From IMG/VR virus record IMGVR_UViG_3300023313_000005, positions 1-64,000 of that record: DNA of 64,000 nucleotides; one strand, 5' to 3'. Shown piece after piece: positions 29,611 through 39,025 of this stretch (the first letter of the stretch is position 1; each line of letters opens with the position of its first letter). Made by a program: the position numbers and the translations under genes. The notes beneath the pieces are model-generated. The model was not told where the DNA came from, did no database searches, and saw only the letters and a list, made by a program, of their open reading frames with translations. The DNA is from a virus.

Positions 29611-30391
29611 TTGTAATAATTGAAATATTATATTTATTAATAATATTAGTTGCTAATATTTTATCATTATTATTTATAGCATTGATTATATTACTTTTTA
29701 ATTCATTTGTAATTATATTATTATTATTAACAAAAGTTATTGCTTGTAAGGTTTGATTAAATACCCATTTTTGAAGTGATGTATTTTTTAACCAAAAATT
29801 AGAAATTGTACGGTACTCAATACCATATTTAGTAAATCTAAATCTACCCGCTTTTCCATATTCTTGTTTTCTAATATCATCATTATCCATAATTACAGCA
29901 GGTACTCCTAGAAATAAATCCATTGCTTTAACTAACTGTTCTGATATTTCCATCTCTGGCGTATCCCATCCTACATGTATATGACCTCCCGCAAATCTAT
30001 ATTTAGGATGAGGTTTTATGGGAGTCATCATATTAGTAGTCCATACATCAAAATCAATACTACATCCAAATGTAGATGCTTGTTTAGTTTTAAGAACTTT
30101 CTCTGAAAATTCCATAGAAGGGTCAGCTATTAATTTCATACCACTAGGTAATAATTTTGTAATTTCTGTTTTACAAAATTTTATTTCTCTTATAAAGGAC
30201 TTATAATCTATTACAGGAGGAATATTAAATTCTACCATTACATTATCTTCTTGTACAGCATGTCCGTTATTTGATAATTTGCGAGGTTTTCTTTTAGTTC
30301 CTCCTAAAAGTCCTTCTGCAGAAATTGAATTATTATTATTATCTATAATAAACATTTCGGGATCTGTTCCTATTGTTATATTAGTTATCAT
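29561..30391 (-). CDS. phiEco32-like COOH-NH2 ligase type 2
   Basis: IGTDPEMF, GGTK..P, QEDNV..EFNIPP, FGC, GGHIHVG, D..R...YGKAG.FR, GIEYR..SNFW. Confidence 0.9.
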   Translation of the reverse strand: MITNITIGTDPEMFIIDNNNNSISAEGLLGGTKRKPRKLSNNGHAVQEDNVMVEFNIPPVIDYKSFIREIKFCKTEITKLLPSGMKLIADPSMEFSEKVLKTKQASTFGCSIDFDVWTTNMMTPIKPHPKYRFAGGHIHVGWDTPEMEISEQLVKAMDLFLGVPAVIMDNDDIRKQEYGKAGRFRFTKYGIEYRTISNFWLKNTSLQKWVFNQTLQAITFVNNNNIITNELKSNIINAINNNDKILATNIINKYNISIITNGRVRESNQRSVISKL

Positions 30392-31059
30392 TTGTTATTA
30401 TTTATTGTTTTAATAATTCCAGAATTGTTGTGTAAATCATAATTATCACTAAAATCAAACCATGAAGTGTGATACACTTTAACTTTATTAATTATATCAA
30501 TAAACGGTTTACCTTTTATTAAAAATTTGTCATTTGATAAACATTCACTATTGTCTATGTTTTTAATAAAATTATCTACTGTACTATTGTTATAAAAAAT
30601 ACCAATTCTTAATAATAATAAATACATACTTAATAAATGAGGCTCAGATCCCCATTGTTTATCAAACCTTACTTTTATACATTTATTATGTAGTGATAAA
30701 TCTGTTTCATTTATTAATGTTTGTAATGTAATTATAGATTTTGGTATTTCAAAATTACGTTCAATATAATGAATAAAATGTTTTAAATTATTTACATTAT
30801 TTTTATTTAATTCAAAATCATCATGATGAAGTATTAATGTATATTTATTTCGTTTTTTTAATAAAGAAGAGTTACATTTAAATCCGTAAATTGATATATC
30901 ACGACCTGTAATTTGAGACCAAAATATATCTTGAAAATAATCTTTACAGTACGTTAAAGGTGTAATATTTATATTATTTTCAATTAAAGAAAATTGTATA
31001 CCTGATGTTACTGCTTCCTCTAATTTATGCTGTAAGTTGTTCTGAATAATTGTGATCAT
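30388..31059 (-). CDS. Hypothetical protein in the amidoligase cluster
   Basis: 223-aa ORF with CKDYFQD and H.NSGI motifs; 4-nt overlap with the ligase. Confidence 0.6.
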   Translation of the reverse strand: MITIIQNNLQHKLEEAVTSGIQFSLIENNINITPLTYCKDYFQDIFWSQITGRDISIYGFKCNSSLLKKRNKYTLILHHDDFELNKNNVNNLKHFIHYIERNFEIPKSIITLQTLINETDLSLHNKCIKVRFDKQWGSEPHLLSMYLLLLRIGIFYNNSTVDNFIKNIDNSECLSNDKFLIKGKPFIDIINKVKVYHTSWFDFSDNYDLHNNSGIIKTINNNK

Positions 31060-31639
31060 AACAATATTTTTTTAATAAATCTTTTACTAATTTACATGAA
31101 GGGTGAGAGGTCTCTTCATATTCAGGATGAAATTGTACCGCTAATGCATTTAAATCTTTATAATAAATAATTTCATATTCAATTACATTAGAAGTTATAT
31201 TAGTAGCTATTTTATTTTTACAAAATGCTAATGGTAAATATGAATTAATATTTGTAGGATTCATCATTTGATGATGATAACTATTAACTTTAATTACTTT
31301 ATTATTACAAATAATTTCATGATCTTTACAATTATGATTATTTACATCTTGAATTAATGATCCACCAGATACAACAGTTAGTAATTGAGCACCTCTACAT
31401 ATTCCTAATATTGGAATATTATGTAATTTAGCCATTTCAATTACTTTTATTTCTTTATAATCACGATTTTTATCTGGGATATCATTTTTTAAATCTTCAT
31501 ATTGATCATATAATTTAGCGTTTATATCAGTACCTCCTCCTAATATTACTAAATTAGCATCTTTTACAGTGTATACTTCTTTGTAATTACTTAACCATTC
31601 ATGTGATTCATTAGGTGATGTCATATAAATTTTAAGCAT
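31025..31639 (-). CDS. Class I glutamine amidotransferase / peptidase C26 (PuuD-like gamma-glutamyl hydrolase)
   Basis: GGGTDI, RD..E, GICRGAQ, NS.HHQ, QFHPE catalytic triad. Confidence 0.9.
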   Translation of the reverse strand: MLKIYMTSPNESHEWLSNYKEVYTVKDANLVILGGGTDINAKLYDQYEDLKNDIPDKNRDYKEIKVIEMAKLHNIPILGICRGAQLLTVVSGGSLIQDVNNHNCKDHEIICNNKVIKVNSYHHQMMNPTNINSYLPLAFCKNKIATNITSNVIEYEIIYYKDLNALAVQFHPEYEETSHPSCKLVKDLLKKYCYDHNYSEQLTA

Positions 31640-32198
31640 TTTTTAATAATTTTTTATTACGGTTATAAACATATGTTAAATCTGACATTAAATTGGTAAA
31701 TGATAACTCATCAATATACCAATCATCGCCTTCTTCATCAATTTCTAATTCGTGATCATTCATAATTACTCTTATATCAGAATAAAATTGATCATCATCT
31801 AATTGATAATATTCATCATTACTATTTTCACATGATGATATATAAGTAGATGACTTAATTACTATTTTGTATGTTGTACAACAATACCATAAATAATAAT
31901 TTAATTTATACAATACTCGTAATAAACTCTTATAAAACATATAATATGTCATATTAGGGAAATAATTACGTGTTAATGCATATAATGATGTTACTGATCT
32001 AGATGCATTAGTACTACAATTTATATAACCTGGAGTAATTATATTTGCTGTAGCAGGTGATCCTTTTTTTATATAATTTAATAAAAAAGAATATGGTGTC
32101 TTATATAAAAAATAAGGTGTTTCAGTATCTTTATTATAAATTTTCATCATAGGACACATATCTAACGCTCTTTTTGAATTAAAATTGTAATTTTTCAT
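31632..32198 (-). CDS. Hypothetical protein
   Basis: 188-aa ORF overlapping both neighbours. Confidence 0.6.
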   Translation of the reverse strand: MKNYNFNSKRALDMCPMMKIYNKDTETPYFLYKTPYSFLLNYIKKGSPATANIITPGYINCSTNASRSVTSLYALTRNYFPNMTYYMFYKSLLRVLYKLNYYLWYCCTTYKIVIKSSTYISSCENSNDEYYQLDDDQFYSDIRVIMNDHELEIDEEGDDWYIDELSFTNLMSDLTYVYNRNKKLLKNA

Positions 32199-32733
32199 AA
32201 TCTCTTTTAATTATTAGATTTTTAATTACATGATATTTATTATTTTTACCATATAAAATAGAATTATGTTTTTTTATTTTATATTTATATTCTTTGAATG
32301 TTAATATTTTTTGATCTTTAAAATCGGTTGAATTATTAGTATCACAATAATGACTATATTGCAATAATTCAATAGGATTTAAATCAAAATTATCTTTTAG
32401 CCATTTGAAAGTTTTTAATATTGTGTTTCTTTCTTTATCTATATAAGATATCAGTTTTATAAGTAACTTTAAACTATTAAATGTATGTTCGTTACCCATT
32501 AAAATTAATTCATTAGTTTTAGTATTTATAGAAAATGGTAAATTTAAATCATTTTTTATAAAATCTAACCATTCATCAATTAAGATACCTGTCATATCAC
32601 CATCTATTGTAATAATAACATCTTTAATTTTATCTTTAATTTTAAGTAATTTAAATTCATCATACGTATTAGCTAAATCATAGTATATATAATTGTTATC
32701 TGTTTCTATTGATATATATAAATTGGGTTCCAT
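32179..32733 (-). CDS. Hypothetical protein
   Basis: 184-aa ORF directly downstream of polB. Confidence 0.6.
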   Translation of the reverse strand: MEPNLYISIETDNNYIYYDLANTYDEFKLLKIKDKIKDVIITIDGDMTGILIDEWLDFIKNDLNLPFSINTKTNELILMGNEHTFNSLKLLIKLISYIDKERNTILKTFKWLKDNFDLNPIELLQYSHYCDTNNSTDFKDQKILTFKEYKYKIKKHNSILYGKNNKYHVIKNLIIKRDYEKLQF

Positions 32734-32734
32734 A

Positions 32735-34540
32735 TTAAAATAAAGTTAATTGTTTATTTTCAATTACGTTTATAATTTTATAACATTCTCTAATATAATA
32801 ATTCATATTTATATTTTTTAAATAATTAATATTACTATCATAGTCATTTAATATTGTAACATTAAAACCTGATTCAATAGCTTCTATACGTCCATCTTCG
32901 TGGTGTTTATACAATGAATTATTACTATTGGATATAATATATCTATTTGTTTTTTGTAATCGTTTATACCCCTTTAAAGTGTGTAATATAGTAGCCCATC
33001 CTTTAGTAGCTGTAAAACTTTTACAAAAATCAAATATGTTACATTCATTTAATGATTGTTCTATTGGAATAGATTTTAAAAAATAATTACTAATTGCGAT
33101 TCTTACTGCTTTCATAGAATGATTTTTATGCCAATCTCTTTCTATTTCAAAAGCACCTTTATATTTTATTTTGTTATCAATTGTACAAGCTATATAATTA
33201 TTTACATCACGTATTATCATTTGTTTATAATTAACATATTCTAATTCTAAATTAGTTAATTTTTCCCATGATTTACATATTTGTATACATTTATTATATT
33301 CAGATTTTGGTAATAATATTGTTAATCCATCTGTATTAATTTGTAACATTGTTACATCATATAATAAATCTACTATTTTTTCAGAAAGCATTGTTAATAA
33401 TAACTGACCATTAATAGTAATGTTCATTGTAAATAATGGGTCATATAAAAAACTATATTCACTATTAGATTTACCAAAAGATCCATTTAACGCAATTTTA
33501 ATTACATAATTCTGAGGAGTACCTTTTTTAAATGTTTTTCTTATTTCATATTGTTGTTTATATATTTTACAAAATGCTAAACCTAAATGTTTAGGATAAA
33601 AATTATTACTAATAGCTAAGTTAGGATAATATGATTTTACATCAATATCTAAAATCATATGAGTATTAGAATTAGAGTATCTTCCGGGTGAAATACAACC
33701 ATGAATTCCTCCTGTACCAAATTCATATTTAAAATTTTTATATATTACATTTAAATTTTTAAATACTCCTTTTGTTTCGGTAATAATTTTATTTTTAAGA
33801 ATTGATAGAAAATTGTTAAATTCTTTACTTGAATATTTAACATAAGGTAATATACAATCTTTTAATTTAATTTCTTTTCTATATGTACGTAATTGATTAA
33901 TTGTTGATATACTAGTATTTAATTCTTCAGATAATAGTTTTTTAAAAATACTTTCACCTATACCTGCATCAGGTTTATTTAATACATTTATATTATATAT
34001 TTTGCTAATTTCTTTTCTTAACTCAATTACAGGTAACGATTTTAAATAAAATTCATATGTTGAATCTACATCATTTATGCAATATTTTATTATATCAGGT
34101 ATTTGGTGTTTTTCTATAATAGCATCGGGCGATAATGGTAAATCTTGAACTTTTTTCCAACGTAATGCTATTTGTATTTTTTTCAAACTAGTACGTTTGG
34201 CTTTATTATCAAAATGCCAAATTTTATATAAATCTATTTGAGGAATAATTACTTCTGATTCATATATTGATGAATATTTACTATTTATTATTTCTTTACT
34301 TTTATTATATAATCCTTTTATATTTCTTGTTTTTATTAAATAATGTAATAAAGGATAATCATAATTAATATTATTAAATCCTATTAATTGAATATCAGAT
34401 AATAAAAATTTTATATATTCATCAAAGTCATTTTTACTGTCATGTAATATAAATATTTTAGTTTCTTTAGTTTTTATATTAAAGAATATACCACAGTGGA
34501 AATTTTTAAATTGTTCTAAATCATATATATAAGTATCCAT
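32735..34540 (-). CDS. polB: Family B DNA polymerase (crAss type)
   Basis: ExoI YDLE, ExoII GFNNINYD, YCINDV, motif A DVKSYYP, motif B KIALNGSFGK, motif C NTDG. Confidence 0.9.
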   Translation of the reverse strand: MDTYIYDLEQFKNFHCGIFFNIKTKETKIFILHDSKNDFDEYIKFLLSDIQLIGFNNINYDYPLLHYLIKTRNIKGLYNKSKEIINSKYSSIYESEVIIPQIDLYKIWHFDNKAKRTSLKKIQIALRWKKVQDLPLSPDAIIEKHQIPDIIKYCINDVDSTYEFYLKSLPVIELRKEISKIYNINVLNKPDAGIGESIFKKLLSEELNTSISTINQLRTYRKEIKLKDCILPYVKYSSKEFNNFLSILKNKIITETKGVFKNLNVIYKNFKYEFGTGGIHGCISPGRYSNSNTHMILDIDVKSYYPNLAISNNFYPKHLGLAFCKIYKQQYEIRKTFKKGTPQNYVIKIALNGSFGKSNSEYSFLYDPLFTMNITINGQLLLTMLSEKIVDLLYDVTMLQINTDGLTILLPKSEYNKCIQICKSWEKLTNLELEYVNYKQMIIRDVNNYIACTIDNKIKYKGAFEIERDWHKNHSMKAVRIAISNYFLKSIPIEQSLNECNIFDFCKSFTATKGWATILHTLKGYKRLQKTNRYIISNSNNSLYKHHEDGRIEAIESGFNVTILNDYDSNINYLKNINMNYYIRECYKIINVIENKQLTLF

Positions 34541-34550
34541 GTTTAAAATA

Positions 34551-34574
34551 AGAAAGGGGAATTACCCCCTTTCT
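34551..34574 (-). terminator. Terminator-like hairpin upstream of polB
   Basis: AGAAAGGGG/CCCCTTTCT stem. Confidence 0.55.
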
Positions 34575-34629
34575 GTTTAAGTTAAATTAATAATTCATAC
34601 ACATTAAAATTAAAGAACATGTACGTTCT

Positions 34630-34917
34630 TTAATCTTTTCTTTTTTTTATTTTAATATTATGAATACGTGAACATACTCTTAAAAATGAAACATCGTCAT
34701 CCTCAATCCAATATTTTATTAATAGTCTAGATTGTTTACTACTAATATGAAAAATATTACTTAATTTTAATATTAATATATAATCATCTAATTTAGAATT
34801 ATTATCTATGTAATTCCAAATTTCATCAGGATAAAATCGTATTTCTGAATAATGATTATAGTAATAAATTAAATATAGTATTGCTATTAATAAAAAAGTT
34901 ATAATTATTCCAATCAT
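34630..34917 (-). CDS. Small membrane-anchored protein (start likely MIGIII)
   Basis: Hydrophobic N-terminal segment IGIIITFLLIAILYLIYYY. Confidence 0.5.
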   Translation of the reverse strand: MIGIIITFLLIAILYLIYYYNHYSEIRFYPDEIWNYIDNNSKLDDYILILKLSNIFHISSKQSRLLIKYWIEDDDVSFLRVCSRIHNIKIKKRKD

Positions 34918-34991
34918 TAATTTATTGTTTTTTATGTTTAATAAATTACATTTAAATAAAATTTTAATTTTGTATCTATCATAATATATTT

Positions 34992-35228
34992 TTATAATGA
35001 ATTGAGTTCTTTCCATTTTCCCATAGACATAGACCCTTTATAACTATATTTTAATCCGTATCCACTTCCCCAATTAGTACCTTTTCCACTTCCCTCTCCA
35101 GACCCATTCCCTATTCCGCCTGTTGAACAACATCCACTACCATCCATATATCTATGTGTATAAAGATATTCTATATTATTCATATCTATAAGTATATTGT
35201 CTAATCTATCTATTGTAAAATCTATCAT
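34992..35228 (-). CDS. Array A peptide 18 (78 aa)
   Basis: MIDFTID...GxG repeats. Confidence 0.7.
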   Translation of the reverse strand: MIDFTIDRLDNILIDMNNIEYLYTHRYMDGSGCCSTGGIGNGSGEGSGKGTNWGSGYGLKYSYKGSMSMGKWKELNSL

Positions 35229-35236
35229 ATTATTTT

Positions 35237-35494
35237 TTAATAAATTGAACTATCTAAAATTAAAAATTCATTCCCAGTTCCAAGATCATGTCCCGTCCTT
35301 TCACTTTCACCATAATCTGCTATGTATAAATTTTCATGCTGAGTATTTACTAAACTACAATCTATCCATCCTCCGTATTTATTTCCTCCACCTGTTCCGT
35401 GTCCCATAGAATTAATTTTTGGTGCGGTAGAACTTAAAAATAATACCCCTCTAGGATAACATTCCCCATAATCATTAATATTATAATCTATCAT
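35237..35494 (-). CDS. Array A peptide 17 (85 aa)
   Basis: MIDYNINDYG...GNEFLIL. Confidence 0.7.
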   Translation of the reverse strand: MIDYNINDYGECYPRGVLFLSSTAPKINSMGHGTGGGNKYGGWIDCSLVNTQHENLYIADYGESERTGHDLGTGNEFLILDSSIY

Positions 35495-35745
35495 AATATA
35501 CTAATTTCTTCTCCTTTTCCGATATCATAATGATAAATATATTTATCATTATATGTACTTTCATATCCACATCCATATTTAGTTTCGTACGTGCATTGTA
35601 TATATCCTAACCCACACCCATTTCCATTTTTCTCTCCATACTCAGATGAATTTCCACTTCCGTGCCCATTTCCATATCTATAACCTTGTCCATTTCCTCT
35701 TCCCCCATGTCCCGTTCCTTTATTATTAAGTCTTGTATCTATCAT
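35491..35745 (-). CDS. Array A peptide 16 (84 aa)
   Basis: MIDTRLNNKG...EISIL. Confidence 0.75.
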   Translation of the reverse strand: MIDTRLNNKGTGHGGRGNGQGYRYGNGHGSGNSSEYGEKNGNGCGLGYIQCTYETKYGCGYESTYNDKYIYHYDIGKGEEISIL

Positions 35746-35939
35746 AATATATTTATATATTCATGTCCACATCCTTTTTCATCTATATATCCTATTCCAT
35801 ATCCACTTCCATATCCATCTTTTATTCCCTTTCCTAATCTATCTCCACCATCATCTCCCACTCCTTGTCCATATCCATACCCATTGGCATTCCCGAATTC
35901 ATACCAATTTCCATTATTATTAATATTATAATCTACCAT
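35742..35939 (-). CDS. Array A peptide 15 (65 aa)
   Basis: MVDYNINNNG...YINIL. Confidence 0.75.
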   Translation of the reverse strand: MVDYNINNNGNWYEFGNANGYGYGQGVGDDGGDRLGKGIKDGYGSGYGIGYIDEKGCGHEYINIL

Positions 35940-36238
35940 AATATATTGTTTATATATTCACATCCATCTCCATATCCACTTTCATGATTGTTTCCATATC
36001 CATTTCCGCACCCTTTTCTACAGCTATATCCATATCCATTTCCAAGTCCATCTCCATCTCCACATCCGTATCCTTTTCCATATCCTTTCCCATTTCCATA
36101 TCCATTTCCATTTCCATCTCCATCTCCAAGTCCATCTCCATCTCCATCTCCAAACCAATGCCTATATTTATTTCTATTACTATTTCCACATACTATTCTA
36201 TATCCTTTTTCATTAATATCAAGTGTTGCGTCAATCAT
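35933..36238 (-). CDS. Array A peptide 14 (101 aa)
   Basis: MIDATLDIN...INNILW. Confidence 0.75.
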   Translation of the reverse strand: MIDATLDINEKGYRIVCGNSNRNKYRHWFGDGDGDGLGDGDGNGNGYGNGKGYGKGYGCGDGDGLGNGYGYSCRKGCGNGYGNNHESGYGDGCEYINNILW

Positions 36239-36474
36239 AATATATCAATTTCATTTCCATTTCCGTTAATATATTTATTTATATAGTCATATACATAACC
36301 ATATCCGTATCCATATCCATTTTCATTATTATCATTATTTTCTTCTCCGTATCCTTCTCCGTAATCATCCCCATAACCGTCTCCATGTCCACCTCCATAT
36401 CCATGTCCTTTTTTATATCCAACATCATCAGAGAATATATAACATCCCCTATTATTATATTCTATATCTATCAT
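36235..36474 (-). CDS. Array A peptide 13 (79 aa)
   Basis: MIDIEYNNRG...EIDIL. Confidence 0.75.
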   Translation of the reverse strand: MIDIEYNNRGCYIFSDDVGYKKGHGYGGGHGDGYGDDYGEGYGEENNDNNENGYGYGYGYVYDYINKYINGNGNEIDIL

Positions 36475-36477
36475 AAT

Positions 36478-36711
36478 TTATAAAACAAAAGGTTCTTTCC
36501 ATTTCCCACGGTTATATCTATTCAATCCTATATTTTCACCATCTCCGACTCCTTGTCCATTACCTTTTCCACATTTATCTCCCCATCCACTACCTTCTCC
36601 ACGTCCATTACCTTGACCATATTTATTACCTACTCTTATATCATAATGCATTCCATTATCAATTAAATGTGATTTTTTATATCCATTATCATTATATTTT
36701 GTATCTATCAT
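36478..36711 (-). CDS. Array A peptide 12 (77 aa)
   Basis: MIDTKYNDNG...PFVL. Confidence 0.75.
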   Translation of the reverse strand: MIDTKYNDNGYKKSHLIDNGMHYDIRVGNKYGQGNGRGEGSGWGDKCGKGNGQGVGDGENIGLNRYNRGKWKEPFVL

Positions 36712-36848
36712 AATATATCATTTTCATACCCGTCCCCATACCCGGTTTCATTGTCATGTCCATCTTCACCACCATCTCCATGCCCATATTCATTTCCAAA
36801 CCCATTTTCATATTCTATTCTATTATTAGTAAATGCTGTATCTATCAT
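36708..36848 (-). CDS. Array A peptide 11 (46 aa, not in ORF track)
   Basis: Hand translation: MIDTAFTNNRIEYENGFGNEYGHGDGGEDGHDNETGYGDGYENDIL. Confidence 0.75.
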   Translation of the reverse strand: MIDTAFTNNRIEYENGFGNEYGHGDGGEDGHDNETGYGDGYENDIL

Positions 36849-37078
36849 AATGCGTTATTTTCATATCTTATTCCATAATTATTATATTTATAATTATATT
36901 CCTCTCCTCCACCATGTTTATTTCCATATCCATTCGCATGTCCTTTTCCATACCCATTTCCGTCTTCAAATCCATATCCACTTCCTTCTCTATATCCCCC
37001 TCCTTCTCCATTTCTATATCCTATTTCATGTCCTATTTTATGTCCTGTTCCAATATTATTAAAATTTACATCTATCAT
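36845..37078 (-). CDS. Array A peptide 10 (77 aa; start corrected from 37126)
   Basis: MIDVNFNNIG...ENNAL. Confidence 0.75.
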   Translation of the reverse strand: MIDVNFNNIGTGHKIGHEIGYRNGEGGGYREGSGYGFEDGNGYGKGHANGYGNKHGGGEEYNYKYNNYGIRYENNAL

Positions 37079-37338
37079 GATATAGTATTTACATATCCGT
37101 AACCATTTCCATCTCCATATCCGCATCCATCTATATATCCGTATCCATTTGCATATCCATATCCGTATCCTTTCCCATTTTCATATCCGTCCCCACATCC
37201 ATATCCATTAATATCCCCATCCCCATTTCCATATCCATATCCATATCCATATCCATGTTTACTCTCACATCCGTGTCCTTTTCCGTATCCGTATCCTATT
37301 CCACTATCATTATTATTATTAAATTTTACATCTATCAT
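37075..37338 (-). CDS. Array A peptide 9 (87 aa)
   Basis: MIDVKFNNNN...VNTIS. Confidence 0.75.
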   Translation of the reverse strand: MIDVKFNNNNDSGIGYGYGKGHGCESKHGYGYGYGYGNGDGDINGYGCGDGYENGKGYGYGYANGYGYIDGCGYGDGNGYGYVNTIS

Positions 37339-37514
37339 AATACATCGTTTATATCCTCATTTCTATCGTTTCCGTATCCATCTCCACATCCATTCCCGTA
37401 TCCATCCCCATATCCATATCCATATCCACTTCCATTTCTATCTCCTTGCCCATATTCGTATCCTCTTCCATATCCATATTCTATTCCGATATTACTAAAA
37501 TTTGTATCTATCAT
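37335..37514 (-). CDS. Array A peptide 8 (59 aa, not in ORF track)
   Basis: Hand translation: MIDTNFSNIGIEYGYGRGYEYGQGDRNGSGYGYGYGDGYGNGCGDGYGNDRNEDINDVL. Confidence 0.75.
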   Translation of the reverse strand: MIDTNFSNIGIEYGYGRGYEYGQGDRNGSGYGYGYGDGYGNGCGDGYGNDRNEDINDVL

Positions 37515-37729
37515 AATATACGAATTTCTATTCCTATTCCATTTCTATTTTCATGATTATATTCTTCTCCAAACATAAATCTTTTTCCAAATCCTTTTTT
37601 GAGTTCACTATCATACCATTTTGTATTTTCACTCCATTTTCCAAGTCTAGTACTATATCCTGTTCCAGATTCCTCCCCTAATCTTTCTAAATAACTAAAT
37701 CCCTTATTGTTAAAAGTTCTATCTATCAT
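37511..37729 (-). CDS. Array A peptide 7 (72 aa)
   Basis: MIDRTFNNKG...EIRIL. Confidence 0.75.
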   Translation of the reverse strand: MIDRTFNNKGFSYLERLGEESGTGYSTRLGKWSENTKWYDSELKKGFGKRFMFGEEYNHENRNGIGIEIRIL

Positions 37730-37896
37730 AGTATAGTATAATTATTTCCATTCCCTTCTCCATATTCATTACCATGTCCTCCACCATGTCCGTGACCATA
37801 CCCATTTCCATAATTATCTCCACATGACAATCCATATTTTATTTCAAATGTTATTCCATATCCATTTCCATCAGTATTGATATTCATATCTATCAT
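37726..37896 (-). CDS. Array A peptide 6 (56 aa, not in ORF track)
   Basis: Hand translation: MIDMNINTDGNGYGITFEIKYGLSCGDNYGNGYGHGHGGGHGNEYGEGNGNNYTIL. Confidence 0.75.
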   Translation of the reverse strand: MIDMNINTDGNGYGITFEIKYGLSCGDNYGNGYGHGHGGGHGNEYGEGNGNNYTIL

Positions 37897-38105
37897 AATA
37901 TATCATTTATTTTTTCATAACTATGTCCATATCTATATCCATTTCCTTTACCATATCCATTCCCATTTCCACATCCATTTTTATAATCGTCCCCATTTCT
38001 ACTTCCGGATCCATATCCATATCCTCTTCCGTCTCCATAGCCATTTCCAAATCCAGATCCGTATCCATATCCAACACCATTAATATTAAGTTTTGTATTT
38101 ATCAT
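37893..38105 (-). CDS. Array A peptide 5 (70 aa)
   Basis: MINTKLNING...INDIL. Confidence 0.75.
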   Translation of the reverse strand: MINTKLNINGVGYGYGSGFGNGYGDGRGYGYGSGSRNGDDYKNGCGNGNGYGKGNGYRYGHSYEKINDIL

Positions 38106-38118
38106 AGTACATAAATTT

Positions 38119-38397
38119 TTATTCTATATATATATCATCTCCTATACCATATCCATCTCCCGCACCATTCTTATATCCTTTCCCATTTCCATATATATTT
38201 CCTTTTCCATTTCCACATCCATTCCCGTCTCCACATCCATTTTTATCTCCATATCCACATCCATTTCCAAACCCATTCCCGTACCCTATTCCATTTTCAG
38301 ACTCGCTTCCATATCCATATCCTAATTTACTTCCATACCCATACCCTTCTCCATATTCGTATTCTATTCCGGTATTGTTAAAATATGTATCTATCAT
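38119..38397 (-). CDS. Array A peptide 4 (92 aa)
   Basis: MIDTYFNNTGIEY... Confidence 0.75.
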   Translation of the reverse strand: MIDTYFNNTGIEYEYGEGYGYGSKLGYGYGSESENGIGYGNGFGNGCGYGDKNGCGDGNGCGNGKGNIYGNGKGYKNGAGDGYGIGDDIYIE

Positions 38398-38594
38398 AAT
38401 ATATTATTTTTATCTCCATATCCATAACCATGTCCATTTCCATTTCCATTTCCATATTTCTTTCCGTATTCATATGTATTTCCATACCCATATGCATTTC
38501 CTTTTCCATAATTATATCCAGTATTAGAACTATATCCATCTCCAAATCCATTTCTATATTCTATTCCAGTATTATTAAAACTTGTGTCTATCAT
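38394..38594 (-). CDS. Array A peptide 3 (66 aa)
   Basis: MIDTSFNNTGIEY...KNNIL. Confidence 0.75.
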   Translation of the reverse strand: MIDTSFNNTGIEYRNGFGDGYSSNTGYNYGKGNAYGYGNTYEYGKKYGNGNGNGHGYGYGDKNNIL

Positions 38595-38818
38595 AGTATA
38601 TCATTTATACATCCATATCCACTTCCATCCTCATATCCATTTCCATCCCCACATCCTTCTCCGTATCCATTTCCGTTTCCGTATTCATTGCCATATCCAT
38701 TTCCATCCCCATTTTCATTTCCACATCCATTTCCGTACCCATATCCGTATCCTATTCCATTTTCATATCCATATTCATCTTCACCATATCCATTAATATT
38801 AAGTTTTGTATCTATCAT
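38591..38818 (-). CDS. Array A peptide 2 (75 aa)
   Basis: MIDTKLNING...INDIL. Confidence 0.75.
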   Translation of the reverse strand: MIDTKLNINGYGEDEYGYENGIGYGYGYGNGCGNENGDGNGYGNEYGNGNGYGEGCGDGNGYEDGSGYGCINDIL

Positions 38819-39012
38819 AATATATTTTCATTTCCGCGTCCATACCCATATCCGTATCCATCTCCATTTCCTTGTCCATGTCCATGTCCATATCCCCCAT
38901 ATCCATTTCCGTGTCCCCTTCCATCTCCATTTCCATGTCTATTCCCAGATCCATATTGACTATCATAACTGATTTTATGATGTCCTGTACTATTAAAATA
39001 TATATCTATCAT
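38815..39012 (-). CDS. Array A peptide 1 (65 aa)
   Basis: MIDIYFNSTG...NENIL. Confidence 0.75.
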   Translation of the reverse strand: MIDIYFNSTGHHKISYDSQYGSGNRHGNGDGRGHGNGYGGYGHGHGQGNGDGYGYGYGRGNENIL

Positions 39013-39025
39013 AACTCATAAAATT

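Larger units (their letters stand above)
34992..39012 (-). repeat. Array A: tandem array of 18 coupled Gly/Tyr/Asn-rich micro-ORFs (MID...IL family)
   Basis: All start M(I/V)(D/N); junction consensus ATATTATGATAGAT; 13 of 17 junctions are ATGA overlaps. Confidence 0.9.

Noticed and set aside
35662-38972. Plus-strand Pro/Tyr/Phe-, Ser/Ile- and His/Ile-rich ORFs, and the minus-strand MEMEMD ORF (35950-36189)
   Set aside because: Shadow frames of GGA-TAT/GGA-AAT codon repeats, with no conserved starts or coupling.
34992-39012. CRISPR array (short repeat plus variable spacers)
   Set aside because: The repeat is only ~15 bp and degenerate, the 'spacers' are 140-300-bp open reading frames, and no cas genes are present.
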